From: the human T2T-CHM13v2.0 reference genome, Homo sapiens
DNA length: 64,000 nucleotides
Strand: one strand, 5' to 3'
Assembly: GCF_009914755.1 (NCBI RefSeq)
Contig: NC_060928.1
Position 1 is the stretch's first letter. Each line of letters begins with the position of its first letter. This document shows positions 27,071 to 41,428 of this stretch, one piece after another. Below the pieces are notes generated by a model. The model saw only the letters and a list, made by a program, of their open reading frames with translations, had not been told where the DNA came from and ran no database searches. The translations under genes and the position numbers were made by a program.

Positions 27071-28412
27071 GGGAATAAGACAACTTCAGGCAGTTTAAGC
27101 ACCATCAAGAAAACAAAACAGAATGATTTGATAGACAGTGATTAAAGGAGGGTAGGGATGAAGGGCAAAATATTACAGATGGTGTTCAGGAAAGATCTTT
27201 CTAATACAATTATGCAGGAGATGAGATCTGAATGGCCAAAGAAATTATGCATGAAAAGATAGAGAGGAAAAGAATATTGCAAGGAGAAAGAAATATCATT
27301 AGAAAAAAAATACATTGAATGAGATTGATGGTATAAATGTGAGGTTTGATATTATAAAGTGAGATTGCAGGGGTAAACAATTACCAGATCCTCTGCAGTC
27401 ATGTAAAATGGCCCAAGCCTGAAAGTTAACTGTTCCCTTTGTGTCTGAACAGCTGTAGGATCAGTTTGCCTGTAACTGCTTGTACCTAGCAACTGTGGAA
27501 CTTCATGTTGGCTGTGATCCTGCAGTGTTGTAGGGATGAAATCTCCTCGGATCGGCTGCAATCAGATGCATTTGCTTGAATCACAGACTTTAGGTTTTTA
27601 TTGTCTCTATAAGTGGTTTAAAGATGTCAGATGGTTTGCTTTGCTTACACTTTGTTCTAAGAAAAGTGCATTATTTATAAAACTCATTAACTAAATAAGT
27701 AGATAATGATCTTTCTTAAGCTAACTTTATGTGTGGAAATGCATGTATATGAGTATCTGTGGGTGAATGATTTAAGAGGCTACAAGGAAGAAACCTTATT
27801 CAATATTTTTCCCTCTAAAGACTCCACAATTGTGTGATAAATATGGTATTAAAAATAATGCATTATACTGTCCCCTCTTATGTTAGGTCTTAAAAATGTT
27901 TTATTTAACAACTTATAAATCTTAAATTCACTCTTAAAGGAAAATAGATGTATATGGAATACTCCAGGAGTAACTACAGGGTGTAGCATACCATTCTCTC
28001 CAGCTTTTCTGATCCACTCACATGTGTCATTCAAAATAAGCACTCAGTATCACAACTTTAAAGCAAAAAGACTGCTTTTCAAGTGTGGGAAAAAATAAAA
28101 GAAGGTAATAACAGACTGATTTTTTCTACATCACAACCCTTTATTTTATCTCCCAAGTCAAGAGCCTCTCAAGAAAAAAAAAAAGAAAAAAGAAAGAAAA
28201 CAAAACTATTCTCCCTTAAAATGGCTTTTGCTAGCAGTAGATGTGGATGTGACTCACTTGGACTGTTTTGATTGCTGAAAATTTCCCATTTCATTGGCTT
28301 GTTATGTGTGGATAAGTGTTCTTTCTCTAGGTGTAGTAGTAAAGATCATCTTCATCTAATCCTTTGCTGTTGACCATTTGCATTGTAGTTTGAGTTCAAG
28401 AGTGTGAGAGTG

Positions 28413-28713
<301 letters not shown>

Positions 28714-28739
28714 AGAAGTGAGAGTGATTGGCAAAGCTA

Positions 28740-29130
28740 GTCACCAAACTTTTTTACCTTTCTTTTCATGCACACTGTTAGACTACATTTTTCAGCTTAC
28801 TTGCACACAGATTTGGCAATTTTGACATATTGCTAGCCAATGCAACTTAAGCAAAACAGTATCTATCACTATCTGAACTGACCCATAAACATCTTATATG
28901 TGCAACTTGCAACAGTGTTGTGTCAGCTGTCAAATTGATGAAGATTAATATTGCAAACCCAAAACCCATATATTGGAGATGGTGGAGTCACAGGTGAAAG
29001 GGCCTAGACCCTAAATCATCTTGTATAGAGCCACTTATTGATCAGAAACACTCATTTGTAAACTTTTTATGTGAACAGGAAATAAATTTCTCTTGTGTTT
29101 CAGCCATTTTTTGGTATATTCATCTTAACA
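28740..29130 (+). mobile_element. Old MLT1 LTR, MLT1I/J/K-like
   Basis: 'gatggtggagtcaca...aaataaatttctcttgtgtttcagcca'. Confidence 0.55.
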
Positions 29131-30039
29131 GTTGTTATACAAAGAAAACAATAAGTATTTTTAACTAAGAAAAAGAAGATATGAAGAAGTTATCTATTTT
29201 CTGCAACATCTAAAAAAGTGATGTAAACAAAAATCAGGAAGTAGTCTAATAGGTTCTAAAACATCTAATTCTTCAGACACACGCTCCTAGAATGAAAATC
29301 TTCCTCTAGGAAAAACAAATCTTCCACATTTGCTGGAAAGCCATTTTGTAATTATCAGGTCATTTATTGCCAAAGAGACATAATAAGAACAGATAAAATT
29401 GGATTACCTGAAAAGAAAAGGTAGAAAAAAAGTAATTAATAATATTTGTGGCTAAGTAAGAGAAATATGTCCACATAACTGGTAAAATTATTTTTTGCTT
29501 TTAAACTACCTCTAAACTCCTGGGATCACAGTCTTACATATTGGCATAATAAAAGGAGATTGAAGTCTGCTCATATCTGATTATGTTAAATGAAAATATT
29601 GCATAAAAGATTACAGTTAAACTTTACAAGGGATGTTTGTGATATTCAGTGTGAGAAGATCATTTTATGCTTCTCTAATTTGGACTATGAAATGAAATTC
29701 AGTCAACATTTCAGCTTGTACACAGCCTTGTCTAAAAGCTGGTATCTTACACAAAGCCAATGAAATGATATAAGAAGTTAATAAAAAGAATGAGGGCTGC
29801 AGGGGATTCAAACCATAGGTGCTAAATTAGGATTTCTGGCAAATATAGAGATGTGAGACAGTTCCTCTTTTCTAGCTTGAATCTCACAATTTAAAAGAAC
29901 GGCAAGCTAAATTTGACTACATCAACACTGTTAACAACACACAGAGCATAATCAGTTGATACGGATTGTGTTATTTGGCAGTGGAGAGGGACTGATGAGG
30001 GATCCAACAGGTAATATACATAGTAATTAACAAAATGTC

Positions 30040-30260
30040 TTTAGAAGGTTTAATGACTTAGATTTATTCTGTCATTTCCCAACCTCAGGTCTTTGGTTAA
30101 TTTATTTCACATTTTTGAACCTCACAAGCCTTATATGTAATAGGTGACTTGAAATAATACACATCTTATAATACACCTGAAGCCTAAAGGAGATAATGCA
30201 TGCATGATACTTAACATGGTGTTTGGCACATTGTAAGTTCTCGATAAATGTTAGAAATTT
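30040..30260 (+). mobile_element. MIR fragment
   Basis: 'gagataatgcatg...ggcacattgtaagttctcgataaatgttag'. Confidence 0.55.
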
Positions 30261-30369
30261 TCTAAATAATCTTTATTATTCTTTTTTATATAATTTTGGC
30301 AATAACTGTTACTTTTACAAAAGTGTTATACAATTGTTCATAAAAAATGAGGAATAGAGAAAAACAATG

Positions 30370-30600
30370 AAATGAGTATTGAATCCTTGTCAAGCATTTT
30401 CAAATTGCCAGGCCCCTTTTAAAGGATTTCTCACATTAAACTTATTTAATCTTCAGAAGCTATGCAGTACAAATATTTAGATTCCTTTTTATTATGAGAA
30501 AAATAAGGCTCTAAAGGGTAATATAAATTGATGAAGCTCAAAGGATCAATATCAGAATAAATTAAAAATGATTCTCAAGTGTGAGTTTTTAACCACCACA
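30370..30600 (-). mobile_element. MIR fragment
   Basis: 'cttatttaatcttca...atgagaaaaataaggctct'. Confidence 0.55.
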
Positions 30601-30729
30601 GAAGTGTCCTCCATAATGCCACTAACCAGAACTCCCACTGCTAGCCTACAAACTTGACCATGTTGTATTTGGCATATGTCTCAGGAATGTTTTCTTCAGA
30701 TCATTGATGATGTTTTTTAACATGTTGTT

Positions 30730-31205
30730 TGCAAGAGTTTCTTAGGACTGCCATAACAAAGTATCATACACTGAATGGCTTATTCTCTTGCAATTCTGAA
30801 TGCTAGTTAACCTGAAATCCAAGGTGTTGATGGGGCCATGCTCCCTCCAAACCTTCTAGGAGAGAATCTTTCTGTGCCTCTTTCAGCTTCCAGTAAGTCT
30901 TAGATACTGCATTGTGGTAACATAACGCCAAGCTCTGCCTCTCTCTTCCCATCACTGCCTTACCTCTGCACCTGCTTCTTCCCACGGTGTTCTCTATGTG
31001 TCTCTCTCTCCTTTTCTTACAAGGTACTTGTCTTTTAGATTAAGGTCACGATCTACTCCAGTATGACCTCATCTTAACTTATTACATATACAATCATCCC
31101 CTTTTCCAAATATGGTCACTTTATAAGGACTTTCTTTGGTGGCCACTGTGGGTAGAGAGTTGGACTTCAGCATATCTTTTTAAGGGAGACAGTTCGACTC
31201 AGAAA
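30730..31205 (-). mobile_element. MLT1B/C-like LTR
   Basis: 'ggactgccataacaaagta...gggccatgctccctc...ccagtatgacctcatcttaact'. Confidence 0.8.
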
Positions 31206-32559
31206 AACCTTATAATAATATCTAAAAGCAAATTAATTTTTAAATTTACATACTTTTAAAGTGCTTGGTACTTATTAGGATAGTGAAGAGACTGTTATAT
31301 TTAGGCGATTATTTTTTCATGCCAGAAATATATTTTTGTCCTAAAATATACTGAAAAATTGTAAACTGTGCGTAAGTGTATGGCTATTTTATTTTTTATT
31401 TCCCTGGATTATCTGGACATATAGGTTAAATTTCTTTTTGGTTTCTCCAATCTACAGATTTTTGCTGATGGACAGAAAGGACTAGAAACAAAACCCAAAC
31501 TAGGCTCATTTTTATCATCGATGGTATGAAATGAAGTAGTATTGAGATTACAAAATAAAGTCTAGACATATTTCCTCAGCCAAACCTGAGAAAGTTGCCA
31601 AAATGAAAATGACTTGATAGTAAAATTAAAGTAAATCCAGAACGAAAACTATTTATTCAGCACCAAATGGGGAGTCAGCATCTTTAGGTCAGGTATTCTT
31701 TCTGTTCCGTATTTCCTTTGTAACTTCATTCAGTCCTTCCCATCCAATCGCCATAGAACATGAATAATACAAGCATGGGCCATTGAATTCTATCAGGATA
31801 AAAACCTACAAGCAAAATGGAAGGTCCAACAGCATTCATCCACTCACTGTCAATTATTTATTGAAATCTCTCAAAAACAGAGTCTTATTTTACGTATGGG
31901 AGGTGATTACAAAATGATGAAGAAACTTTCCTAGACCTTAAAGATCTCAGAAACAAATTGAGAAAAATTCTCACTTGTAACCATGTAATTGCAGAACTCT
32001 ATAGATTTGTTTATTTTTAATTTATTTTATACCAAAAAGACGATTTATGGAGCTTTTAAAATACATACTACATAATGACATATTTTTTCAAAAAGGCTTT
32101 AGAAAAATAGTCTAAAATAATGAAATTAGACTACATCTTAATAAATTATTGGTAATCACGGGTAACTAGTTTGGAGATATCTTTTGTTATCAACTCTCAA
32201 GGCATAAATTATCAATGTCTCTTCAACTAAAAGTATATCTGTACATATTGTTTTCATTTCTAGAATAACAAATAGAACTGGAAGTAATCACAGTTAAAAA
32301 ATTAACAATTCTTCTGAAGCACTTTGGAGAAAAAAATAACTATTACTTAGGTATAGAATATTTACAAAAATAAAATAGTCCATCAGTAATTATACCTTTG
32401 GTGAGCATTTAGTACTTACTTATTGGCAAGCCTATTTCTCAAAACTCATCAGTTATCATTTGTAGACTATTTTTTAAACAAGATACAGACATTCAAGATG
32501 TTGTATTTAATATGTGTGTATAAATATATACATGTGTTTATATTAACATATATTTTCTA

Positions 32560-32935
32560 AAGTAAATATAAACTATTTTATATAGAATACACACACAGAA
32601 AAGCATAAATCAGAAGTGTACAACTAAATGAACTTTCACAAATTGAACACACCTATGTAACCATCAGCCAACCAAAGAGAACATTATTATCAACCAAGAA
32701 AACTCCCTCATAACTCCCTCTAGTTTATAACCCCATGTGTTAATTAATTTAAACATACAGATTAGTTTTATCAAATTTTAACTAATGAAATCATACATAT
32801 TTATCTACAGCGTTACATGTGATTTTGTTTATTCTCAATCTGTACACAGCTGTATCATGTTCCATTATGTGACTCTGCCACAATTATTTCATCCATTATA
32901 CTCTTGGTATATATTTGGGTATTGAGCATAATAAA
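32560..32935 (-). mobile_element. Ancient L1M 3'-end fragment
   Basis: 'aagtgtacaact...tttcacaaattgaacacacctatgtaacca'. Confidence 0.6.
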
Positions 32936-34084
32936 CGACTAGCTAATTAATCATTATATCTCTGATATTGAAAATTTTTTTTTAAATTTAAAAACATATA
33001 CTTTATAAATATGCTTAAAAACTATCAACAACTACATGCATGATTTAAAACATAAGCAGTACAAACGAATCTATCGCAAATAGCAGAATGAATCTTGAAA
33101 AATCAATATTTTTACATATGAAAATCAAAATTTTATTGTACAGTGTTATATTTCAACTTTTAACAATCATAAAACTTCTCCAAGTTATTCAAGTTCAAAA
33201 TTGCTTGACTGTTAAAGGTCTTGTTCTGACATCTTATTCAGAAATGCTATATTATTCATGGTATGTGTAGAATGAATGTTCTCTGGCCTGATGGGGATTG
33301 TAAGGAATCCAAGATCACGCATCATGATTAAAGAGAAATTTAACAGTTAAATCCTTAAATACATGTGACAAGGAAAAAAACTACTCCTTTACATTATCCA
33401 AACTACTCTTTGGCTTGCTGTCACTAATGTTCAATCAGATGGAGACTTCTGACAAGATATGTTGCCTCTGAATTAGAAAGTCCATCCATATTACAGCTTC
33501 CAGTGAAAACACAGATGTCAGTTGAGATGGTCTAAGTCTTCCAGCCTGAGAATATTTTTCCTTTATAATTCAGATAAACTAATGTCTCTTCACCCACTCA
33601 GTTGGACACCCAAAACCCTTCTTTTATCTGCAGATGATTGTCTTCTTGGTTCAGGGTGAGAGGAGGAACTACTTTTCTCCTAATCTCCTCTGACCCCACT
33701 TTTTTAAAGCCAAATTAGGGCTATCATAGAATTTTGCTTAAACAAAAATATATTTAACGTAAAAGGAAATAATACTCTCCATTAGTGCTGCAAGCTGATT
33801 CCATCAGTTGTAGTTTTTGATTGCCATTTCTTTGCTTCCTTTCTCTACTGCATTTCTTCTTTATAGTTATTTATAATAAATGTTATAATTCACTTTATAT
33901 TCTGCATTGGATTTATGTATAGCTTTTTAAAATTTAGTTTAAGGTTTATCTTCCAACCTCAGGACTGATGAACTCCTGTAAGGATACAGTTCTTGGTCAA
34001 GTTCAGTAATTCAGAAACTCATGGAATTGTTTTCAAATTACTGTATCCAAATTTACTCTTAAAGGGGTTCATGCCCCTAAAATA

Positions 34085-34275
34085 ATTCAATGAGATTGAA
34101 TTTCAATTCTGAAATTTTTAGCTAGATGGCTTTTGGCAGATTATTTAAACTCTCTTCCTTAACTATAAAAGGAAATCATAATGGGATCTACTCCATAGGG
34201 TTGTTGTGAGTTAATTTATGTAAAGTACTGAATTCGTGCTTGCCACATAATAAGCATCATGTATGTACTGATTAT
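34085..34275 (+). mobile_element. MIR fragment
   Basis: 'ctactccatagggttgttgtgag...cacataataagca'. Confidence 0.6.
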
Positions 34276-34349
34276 TATTATAATTATTATAAAATGCTTC
34301 TGAAATACCATGCACAAACATTACCCATAAAATTTCAAACTAAAAGAAA

Positions 34350-34535
34350 ATTGGAGTAATGTGGTCTTAGAAGCTGAGAGGTTTTGACTTCTCCTTCTAC
34401 CCTTTAACAGCAATGATATTTTAAGCTATTATATAAACTGCCTGGGCCTCAGTTTCCTGATCTGTAAAATGGGCACAATTATTCCTACCTAGAAGAGTGG
34501 ATCCAATGATTCAATGATGTAATTAAAGGCATGCT
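34350..34535 (+). mobile_element. MIR fragment
   Basis: MIR core 'gggcctcagtttcctgatctgtaaaatggg'. Confidence 0.7.
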
Positions 34536-35065
34536 GTAGCATATATACACTAAATCTCCAGTAACAGGACTTTTCTTTATTCCATTTGTTTAACACCTGA
34601 GTGGGACTTTTTTTTATAGCCTACAGTTACTTGACAAAGGCAAAATAACCAGTGTTCAAGGTGTTAGTAGATTCGAGATAGAGAGCAAAATGAATGATCA
34701 CACCTAAACATGTCACATTTTATTCTGTACTCCTGCTCAACAAACCAACAGAATGTGGGACCTTTAAAAGAATGAAATCTAGTGCACAAATAAAACATGA
34801 CACTTTTTATTCCTAACAGTTTTCCATCACGGTAAGATTTGTGGTTATATTCAGCCATAAAGATGGATCTGTACCTCAGGCTAGCAAGATTTATAAAAAT
34901 GAGACTGGATCAAAATAAAATTCTAGCAATGGCTTGTAATTACAGACTAAAATTTCTGTCATTTCAGAAAAATACAGTTGAAAATGTCATGCAATCCTCC
35001 AATTATTTTCTTTACTTATATTTTCAATCGTTGTAAAATAGATGACTTGGAGAGAGCCAAAGAGT

Positions 35066-35390
35066 TCAGACAGCCAGGTGGGAGGGGTTTCCTGGAGCAA
35101 CTCCAACCAGCCTGCCCAAGGAGGTGGAGCCTCAGGAAGTTGAGGACTTTTGCAGCAGGGAGGAGCCTAACCCCTTCTCTTCCTGTGTGGGAACCTGGGA
35201 TTCAAGCTGAGGGTGGGAAACACTCTAACAGTGACTCTGACCTAAAAAGTCCCTGTTTCTCCCTTTTTTCCTTTTCCCCCAATAAAACCTGGCTTTACTC
35301 ACCCTTTAAATCTTCTGTGAGCTTAAATTTTTGTGGCCGTGGGATGGACAAGGATCCCGTCTAGCTGAACTAAGGAAACATCCTACAACA
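35066..35390 (+). mobile_element. MER61-like ERV1 solo LTR
   Basis: Starts 't(c)agacagccaggtgggagggg', has AATAAA at 35281, ends 'agctgaactaaggaaacatcctacaaca'; 4-bp TSD gagt/gaat. Confidence 0.75.
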
Positions 35391-36249
35391 GAATGATCAG
35401 AATTCTCAGAAGCATGGTATTTACTTGTTCTACTATAAGGTTATTGACTTAAAACATACATTGCTGGAAATTTCATGAGTATAATCATTTGTTGATTACT
35501 TGTACTAATGGAAGAGAGGAAGAATTATTGGTACTATTAAATAGTATCTAAAAAAATCATGTAATTATTCATTGCTTTGCAAGAGAATTAAAATAAATAA
35601 ATATCCATAAATATACATTGTTTATGTATATCAAATACAGCTGAAAATCATGCACTGTTCCTTTTTTAAAAAAATGTGGGTAAATAAATGAATTAATGAA
35701 TATAAAGTGAGAACCAGAACACTATTTTCTCTTAATTTCTAAAACTATAATAATATCATATCTGAAGAGAGAAAATAAAGTAGTGTTTGTGCTCTCAAGT
35801 TTTCAAAGTTTTAAATCATACATCTCCACAACACCTGTACAGTACAACATTTTTCTTTGAATTATTTTTTACTAAATAGACTTGCTCTTTAGGTATCTTG
35901 AGCCTTCAATTCAAATGAGGTCAAAATACAAGAACTTGATCCAAACCAGGGATCCAAACCAATTTTTAATTTCGGACGAATTGGACCTTTGTCCTAAACT
36001 TACTTTACATTTAAATTCGTTGGGGTTGAACTCAACATTCACATTCCCCATTTTCAGCATGTCTTCCTGAGATTAACGAGATGAACATATTGGAATATTA
36101 TAACTCAAGAACCAGTCCATTAACCTAGCAACAAAGGTCAACTCAGGAATGCTTGGGAAGTGACATAACGTTAATATTTTTAAGGTTTCTTATTAATAGT
36201 AAATTTTTAACAAACATAGTGACCCTGATCAGTTCTTCTATTTCATATT

Positions 36250-37110
36250 ATTTGGAGACATCAATATTTATGTTCTTTTTATAAATGCCAGTGTTCTTCC
36301 ATGTTAGCACCTAAGAATTCCCTTGACTCTCTCAGAGACATCCACCCCAATGCTTCATGAATCACTGATTTTCTGATTATTCCCAAGTCTTTAGGACTAC
36401 CTCGGATCACTGTAAGGATCTTCAGATCTGAGAGAGCTATCTCAAATTCAGGAAGGACAAACTGGTTATTTTCCCCTCCCCACTCCAACCAAATATGTGT
36501 CTGCCTGTGCTCTCTTGTTTAGTTAGGGGTGCCCTATGTTATTCATCCTGTTTCTGAAGCCAGAAACATAGACATAATCTTAAAATCTTGTTTCTTCCTT
36601 TATGGCTTACATCTAATTGGTCACTGGGTTTTATTCATTCAATCCTCCTAAATGGCTTTCAAATCTATGTATGCCCACATTTCCTGCACCTAGTTGAGAT
36701 AACTTCATTTGTTGCTAGGATCACTGCAACAATATCCCTAGTTGTCCTTTTTTTTTTTTTCCTTCTTTCCATTACCCCCACTGTAGTCAGGGTGATTATA
36801 AAATGAAACTCTGGAAATATTATTACCATGAGTAAGTCTTTACTGTCTCTCCAAAGTAATTAGAGTGAAGTCCACACTTCTCATGTTAGCTTCCAAGATT
36901 CTCTGACTTGACCCTTATCTCTTCAACATAAAATTCCATCAGGTCAACAATTTATACTTCACCTGCATGGTACTCCTGTGACTCCTTTCCACTCATATGC
37001 TTGACATACCATGTTTCTGAAGAATCTTTTTGTTTCCTGCCCAACACCTTCTCATCATTCAGTTCTTAGTCTAGATGTTCTTTGCCTTGAGGGGTCTTTT
37101 TCTGAACACT
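36250..37110 (+). mobile_element. L2 fragment
   Basis: Pyrimidine-rich L2-like segments 'aagccagaaac...aatctt' and 'ttctcatcattcagttcttag'. Confidence 0.55.
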
Positions 37111-37464
37111 GTTCCTCACCATCCACCACAAGGTCAGAGTGATGAGGGCAGAGTAAAAAAACCTAATATACAATCTTCCTTAAAAGGCTCTTACAGTAAC
37201 AACATGATTAAAATGACTGCTTACATTTACTGTTAATTTAATATAAACGGACAACATTAAAAAAACTTTCTGCAACTTAATGTTTTGTCATAAAGATTTT
37301 AGAAAGCAAAAGTCACCATTTTGTTAACACACCAAATAATAGTGCTCTTACATGATTATTTAAAATGAATCAAAGATCACCAAAGCTGGAGTAAGGAAGA
37401 AAAATTAAAAGTTGTATATAAAGGGATTCTAATGGAAAGATTAAACTGTAGCTATTATTATCAA

Positions 37465-37670
37465 ATTGGGTTTAAATCCCAACTTTAATATTTACTAGCT
37501 TTAAAAATGTGGGAGAGTAACTTAATTCATCTGAATTTTGGTGTCCTTTCTTGAAAAAAAGTGATAATATACCTCTCATAGGGTTATTATGATAAATAAA
37601 GGAGATAATACTGAAAAAGTTCTTATATGCACTGTCCAGCACATGGTATTCATCCAATAAATGATGTTAG
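37465..37670 (+). mobile_element. MIR fragment
   Basis: 'tgggtttaaatccca...acctctcatagggttatt'. Confidence 0.65.
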
Positions 37671-38279
37671 TAGTAGTAGATTTAAGACAAGTAAAATCCT
37701 ATAAATAAAAGTAATTTATAACATTCAATATCTTTTATGAATTCTGAAAAGTCAGCATCTCTGAAAGAATGTTTTCTTGAGCAAAACTGAACAATTATAT
37801 AAAGGATCTCTTTCACACAGGTCCTTTATCATTCTAAATGAAACCACCTTTCATTGTTCTGTAACTCTTATTTCTGGAAGTAGTGAATTGCTAAAGAAAG
37901 ATATATGAGAATTCTGTCCAGCTTATATCTTGATCAGAGTCATTTATAGTCTTCAAAATCTATTTTTTATATTACACAGAATGTATAGTATTAGATTTGA
38001 AAGACGCTTTCTGCCGTCATAACAGTAATAGCAGTACCTCTGGGAAACATTAATTTCAAATGGAATGGTTATAAAAATCAAAACTTCATTTTTATTTAAT
38101 ATAAAAATGATTTCCAACAAGCCAGCCAGGCTTCAACAGCAATTCATAAAAACCAATTTGGTTATGTGATGCAAATTTCAAGAGCACAGTAGTACATTTT
38201 AACTGCTCATTTATTTGTTAAGCATTTATTATGCAGTGTTATTATAATTACTTCTTATGATCTATGTTGTGCAAGATCT

Positions 38280-38720
38280 GTCCCCTGACTCTAACTATAT
38301 CATGTCCCCTCTTACCCTGCTCTAGTCATTATAGTTTCTTTGTTTTTCTTGAATAACTCTGTCCCATTCCAACTTTTTACCTGCTATTCTGGGAGGAATT
38401 GATGGCTATTGTCACTGTAAAGTTTCTTCTCATGCTTCCAGTGTTTTCATCAGCATCATCTTTTAGAATAAGATTTTGACCAAATTTTAAGAAGTAGTTT
38501 TCTCCTGTTATATTTTCCATATTCATCTATTCTCTTTTGATCCCTTCATGCCATTCCAATCACAATTTTAACACTGTTAGTTAGTTTTAGTTTTTCTTGT
38601 TAAACTACATGAAGGAAAAGGTGATGTCTGTCTCATTTGCCAGTCTATCTCTAGGATCTTGCATGTTACCCAATATCTAGTATGTGCTCAATAAAAACAT
38701 GTCAAGTGAATGAATTAACA
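38280..38720 (+). mobile_element. L2 3'-end fragment
   Basis: Ends 'tagtatgtgctcaataaa...gtgaatgaat'. Confidence 0.6.
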
Positions 38721-38764
38721 CAATGTGCTTTCTCATGAATTCAAGAAAAAGAGGTTGTGTAGGT

Positions 38765-39095
38765 CAGGGGTCCCCAACCCCTGGGCCAGGAACATTACAG
38801 TTCCCTGGACTATTAGGAACCAGGCCGCACAGCAGGAGGTGAGTGGCCAGCAGGAAATCATTATGCCTGTGCTCTGCCTCCTGTCAGATAAGCTGCAGCA
38901 TTAGATTCTGCAGCTCGAACCCTATTGTGAACTGCGTGTGTGAGGGATCTAGGCTCTGTGCTCCTTATGACAATCTAATGCCTGATGATCTAAGATGGAA
39001 CAGTTTCATCCCAAAAGCATCCACCACCCAACATCTGTGGAAAAACTGTCTTCCACAAAATTGGCCCCTGGGGCCAAAAATGTTGGAGACCACTG
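38765..39095. mobile_element. MER1B-like hAT-Charlie non-autonomous DNA transposon
   Basis: Terminal inverted repeats caggggtccccaac / gttggagaccactg; perfect 8-bp TSD gtgtaggt (38757-38764 / 39096-39103). Confidence 0.92.
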
Positions 39096-39499
39096 GTGTA
39101 GGTCACAGAAAACTGAAGATAGATGGCCTATCATAGATATTGGTCACCATGAAAAATTCCCAAATTGATTAAATAGTTAAATAGAGAAGGGGTTACAAAG
39201 AAATATTTATGTGATAATTAGTTTGATTCTTCTATGAGACAACTGTTTCTAAGTTTAAAAGCAGCAGAAGGACATCAAATTAACATCAGTAGGTTTAATG
39301 ACATAAAACTTGAATACATTCAAAGTAGGGTAATACAAAAATTTAAAACAAACTTGGGAGAAATACCAAAAACACAAATGGTAGGCAAAAGACCAATTCT
39401 TAATTTACAATTACATCATTTAAATTATTAAGAAGAATACAATTATATCAAAAATGAGTAATGGACCATAAATATAATAACTATAAAATTGTCAGCAGT

Positions 39500-39730
39500 A
39501 ATTGTGATTTTACTATGTGCTGTGTTCAAGACACTGCATTATGTTTTATATACATTGCTTCATTTAATTCCCTAATAATCATATGAAATAGATAATGTTA
39601 TTAAGAGTATTTTATGGAGGAGGAGTCTGAGGAACAGGGAGGCTAATTAATTTACCCAGTATTACACCCATTTGCAATGGGAATAGATTTAAACTCAGAA
39701 CTTTCTCACAAAAAGTTCTAATTTATAACA
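39500..39730 (-). mobile_element. MIR fragment
   Basis: 'ttcatttaattccct...attttatggaggaggagtctgagg'. Confidence 0.6.
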
Positions 39731-39819
39731 ACTCTGGTAGATTGACAATTGAAAAATGGGGAAGTATAAAAAAGAAAAAATATAATTCCATAAATAAGTA
39801 ACGGATGTCACTCTTATCC

Positions 39820-40650
39820 CTTATCATTTTTGCACACTCCCTTCCTTGCAGGGCACAGCCTGGTTAAATCCAAACTACCATCCACTCTGCCCCTGATTCC
39901 ATGTAGCTGAACACACTTATATTAGCATATAAACATGGTGAAGTTTTTCTCATTTTTTAAAAAAGTCTTCTCTTTTATTTTCCAACTATGGGCTGTCCCA
40001 TTTACTCAGACTTCTATGAAACAAAACTTTGAAGCATCTTTATCCTGTCAATATCCAATTTCTTTGTCAATCCTTCTCTCTTAAATTTACTTATCTGGCT
40101 TTGACTTTTCCACTTTTCAGAAACTACTCTTGTCAAGTATGCCAATGACGTTCACTTGGCTAAATCTAATGGTCACTTTCAGTCTTCTTATATTAGACCA
40201 TTCTGTACCATTTAACCAAGATGAGTGTTCACCCTTATCCTTGATAACTTTTCTGTATACACCTAGCTTTCAAAACATCACACTCTTGATTTTTCTACCC
40301 CTCCAAAATTTCTTTTCATTTTCTTTTGCTGTCTGTGCTCCTTCTCACCAAACTCTTAATATTTCAGTGTTCCCAGTTCAGGAATTTTATGTTTTCTGTC
40401 TGAATCCAGCCCTAAGGAGACACCACCTATATGCTGACAATATCCAAATTAATATTTTCATCTGAGACCTCTCTGCAAGACACTAGATCATATATAATTT
40501 TATAACTTCCTGTGTAATATCTCTACTTACACATCTAATGGCTTTCAAAACTAAACATATCTGAAGAAAAAAAAAAACCCACCATGCTACACTCCTTTAT
40601 TCCCATCTCAGGTAAGAGAAAATCTATCCTCTAGTTGCTCAAAATAAAAA
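39820..40650 (+). mobile_element. L2 fragment
   Basis: 'tcttgtcaag...gctaaatctaatggtcactttcagtc', 'tatatgctgac'. Confidence 0.7.
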
Positions 40651-41428
40651 CTTTTTTTTTCTGTTTCATTTTGAATAGTTTCTACTGCTCTCTTCAAGTT
40701 TAGTAAGTTTTTATTCTGTCATGTCTAATCTGCCATTAACTCCATTTAGCATGTTTATCCCTGAGTCATTATAGTTTTTTTTCTGGAAGTTTGATTGGAT
40801 CTTATCTATATTTTCTATGTCTCTATTTACCTATTTATTTAAACATATGTAATGCAGTTATAATAGCTATTTCAGTGTCATTTTCTGTTAATCTAAAGTC
40901 CATGTCAGTGTTTATTGACTAATTCTTGCCATTTTGTGTTGTGTCTTCCTGCCTTGAGTCATACTTGATTATATGTCAAACACTGTGGATTTTACCTTAT
41001 TGAGTGCTAGGTACATTTTCATTCCTGTAAGTTTTTGAGCTTTGTTTTGGCATGTAGTTAGTTACTTGGAAACATTTTGCTTTTTTTCATGCCCTGCTTC
41101 TATGACTTTTAGGTAGTTCTGGAATGGGGCTGAGTCTCTGGCTAATTATTCTACACTACTTGAGCAAGAGCTTCCTGAGTTCTCTACTCAATGCCCTACG
41201 TATTATGAGTTTCACTAGTCTGGTTCATAGGAATAAGCATTGATACCACCCCTATTGGAGGAATGGCCAGTATTTCCTCTGTCCATTTTGAAAGTTCTCT
41301 TCCAAGATGGGAGTAGTTTCCTCTGATGTTTGCTCTGATGAATAACTTTCAGAAAACTCAAGGTGAACCATCTGCATATCTCCAGTGTTCTCTCTCTCTG
41401 TGCAACTCTCTCTTTTCTGGTGATCTGT

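Noticed and set aside
34978-35364. 128-aa ORF
   Set aside because: It reads through a MER61-like LTR and has no recognisable protein features.
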